Source: Lachnospiraceae bacterium (GTDB lineage Bacteria; Bacillota; Clostridia; Lachnospirales; Lachnospiraceae). Taken from it: a stretch of 64,000 nucleotides of DNA. Made by a program: the position numbers and the translations under genes. Below, in pieces: positions 62,821 to 64,000 of the stretch (within the stretch, counting starts at the first letter, position 1; every line of letters begins with the position of its first letter). The notes beneath the pieces were generated by a model. That model searched no databases and was not told the origin of the DNA. It saw only the letters and a list, made by a program, of their open reading frames with translations. Where the stretch lies: positions 48,128-112,127 of the forward strand of contig JAFSTX010000065.1 of NCBI GenBank assembly GCA_017445585.1. Direction: 5' to 3'.

Positions 62821-64000
62821 TTATGAGCGTGTCTTGATGCTTCCGAGAAGCTCGTGCTTCATGGCGTAAAGGCGGTCCGACAGATCCACGTGTGCCTCAT
62901 GGGGGTTGACCAGACGCCTGGTCTCGTCCCAGAGCGTGGCCAGATCGGCCTTGCAGTAATCCATGATCTCACGAAGCGAAGGCGATTCATATACGCAGAT
63001 ACCATTCTCAAACACGGGTATCAGGAGCTCCCTGAGCTCGTACTGCCCCGCCTTGAGATCCGTATGCTTCCAGGTGTATATCGGGTCAAAAATGGTCATG
63101 TCCCTTGAGGAGTCAAAGCTGTCGTCTACGAGCGAAATCAGGTCGGCGATCATCATATGATTGGAGCTGTCATATATCCTGTATACCGTCTTGTTGCCGG
63201 GGTTCGTGACCTTTTCGGGATTGTCTGATTTCTTGATCTTGGGGATCCAGTTGCCGTCATCATCCATGATCGCGGCGAGCTTGTAGACTCCGCCGAACGA
63301 AGGACAGTCCTTTGAAGTGATGAGATTCGTACCGACTCCCCAGGAGTCGATCCTGCAGCCCTGGAGTTTGAGATCGGCTATCAGATACTCGTCAAGATCG
63401 CACGAGGCCGTGATCTTCGCGTCTGTAAAGCCGGCTTCATCCAGCATGGCTCTCGCCTTTTTCGACAGGTAGGCAAGGTCGCCGGAGTCAAGCCTTATGC
63501 CGATCTTTCCCTTGATACCGGCGTCTCTCATCTCCTTGAAGACCTGAATGGCGTTGGGCACGCCGGAGCGCAGGGTATCGTAGGTATCCACCAGCAGCGT
63601 GCAGGCCGTGGGATAATACTTCGCATACGTACGGAAAGCGGTCAGCTCGTCCGGGAAGCTCATGATCCAGCTGTGGGCGTGCGTTCCCATTACGGGCACG
63701 TCAAATACCTGGCCGGTCAGGACGTTGCTGGTGCCTACGCAGCCTCCTATCATGGCCGCTCTGGCCCCGTATATGCCCGCGTCAGGGCCCTGGGCCCGGC
63801 GAAGGCCGAATTCCATTACTCCGCCTCCCGAAGCCGCCCAGACGACGCGTGAGGCCTTTGTAGCGATAAGGCTGGCGTGATTCACGATATTGAGCAGGGC
63901 CGTCTCCACAAGCTGCGCTTCTATGATGGGAGCCACGACCTTTACCAGCGGTTCTCTGGGAAATACGACCGTGCCCTCGGGGATGGCGTAGATGTTTCCG
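62821..64000 (-). CDS. pncB: Nicotinate phosphoribosyltransferase, N-terminus beyond window end
   Basis: EFGLRRAQG, GTHAHSW, DTYDT, IRLDSGDL. The frame stays open upstream of the ORF-track Met (…GNIYAIPEGTVVFPREPLVKVVAPIIEAQL), so the gene continues past 64000. Confidence 0.88.
   Translation of the reverse strand, partial: GNIYAIPEGTVVFPREPLVKVVAPIIEAQLVETALLNIVNHASLIATKASRVVWAASGGGVMEFGLRRAQGPDAGIYGARAAMIGGCVGTSNVLTGQVFDVPVMGTHAHSWIMSFPDELTAFRTYAKYYPTACTLLVDTYDTLRSGVPNAIQVFKEMRDAGIKGKIGIRLDSGDLAYLSKKARAMLDEAGFTDAKITASCDLDEYLIADLKLQGCRIDSWGVGTNLITSKDCPSFGGVYKLAAIMDDDGNWIPKIKKSDNPEKVTNPGNKTVYRIYDSSNHMMIADLISLVDDSFDSSRDMTIFDPIYTWKHTDLKAGQYELRELLIPVFENGICVYESPSLREIMDYCKADLATLWDETRRLVNPHEAHVDLSDRLYAMKHELLGSIKTRS

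Noticed and set aside
1-64000. CRISPR arrays, IS elements/transposases, integrases, toxin-antitoxin or restriction/defence gene pairs, tRNA and rRNA genes
   Set aside because: None was recognised. There are no regularly spaced repeat arrays, no transposase, integrase or nuclease-helicase defence signatures in the translations, and no cloverleaf-type sequences apart from the tmRNA tRNA-like domain. This was by-eye scanning only.

Overview
This 64-kb window looks like a chromosomal segment from a moderately high-GC Firmicute with Clostridia-like gene order. About 60 of 62 genes lie on the minus strand, and many are joined by ATGA start/stop overlaps.

Positions 1 to about 46,000 are core housekeeping:
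- mutS (partial), miaB, and the phoH-ybeY and rpsU units.
- yhbY, a nadD-yqeK fusion and rsfS, then obg, rpmA, rplU and rng.
- A TIGR03960/TIGR03936 radical-SAM pair, recU, rluA-family, rsmD, coaD.
- A large HD-GYP sensor, tmRNA (ssrA), yebC and rex.
- The only two plus-strand genes: an ABC-F ATPase and a citC-like ligase.
- The rnhB-pgeF-yraN-rbgA-lepB block and the ylxM-ffh-rpsP-KH-rimM-trmD-rplS operon.
- An EF-G paralogue, a VanW protein, and asp23-yloV-recG.

Positions 46,103-61,748 hold what I judge to be the interesting part, an accessory-looking Gram-positive type IV pilus locus. It encodes PilB, PilC, PilD, PilM/N/O-like proteins and six prepilin-like proteins. Three adhesin-sized cargo proteins stand out:
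- A 421-aa modular pilin with a beta-helix-like C-terminal module.
- A 992-aa prepilin-like giant with GLUG-like repeats.
- A 685-aa secreted Listeria-Bacteroides-repeat protein.

The locus is headed by a small sigma-region-4/ArpU-like regulator. GACATAA repeats with exact 22-bp phasing follow it. No PilT-type ATPase is in the locus.

The window ends with plsC and a partial pncB.

Other notable points:
- An inverted duplication of the tmRNA 3' end forms a roughly 44-nt-arm palindrome.
- L27 lacks the Firmicute N-terminal extension, and no prp gene lies between rplU and rpmA.
- A terminator hairpin overlaps the ylxM promoter.

I saw no rRNA, tRNA, CRISPR array, IS element or integrase. All calls come from reading the supplied translations and the sequence by eye. 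No database search was run.
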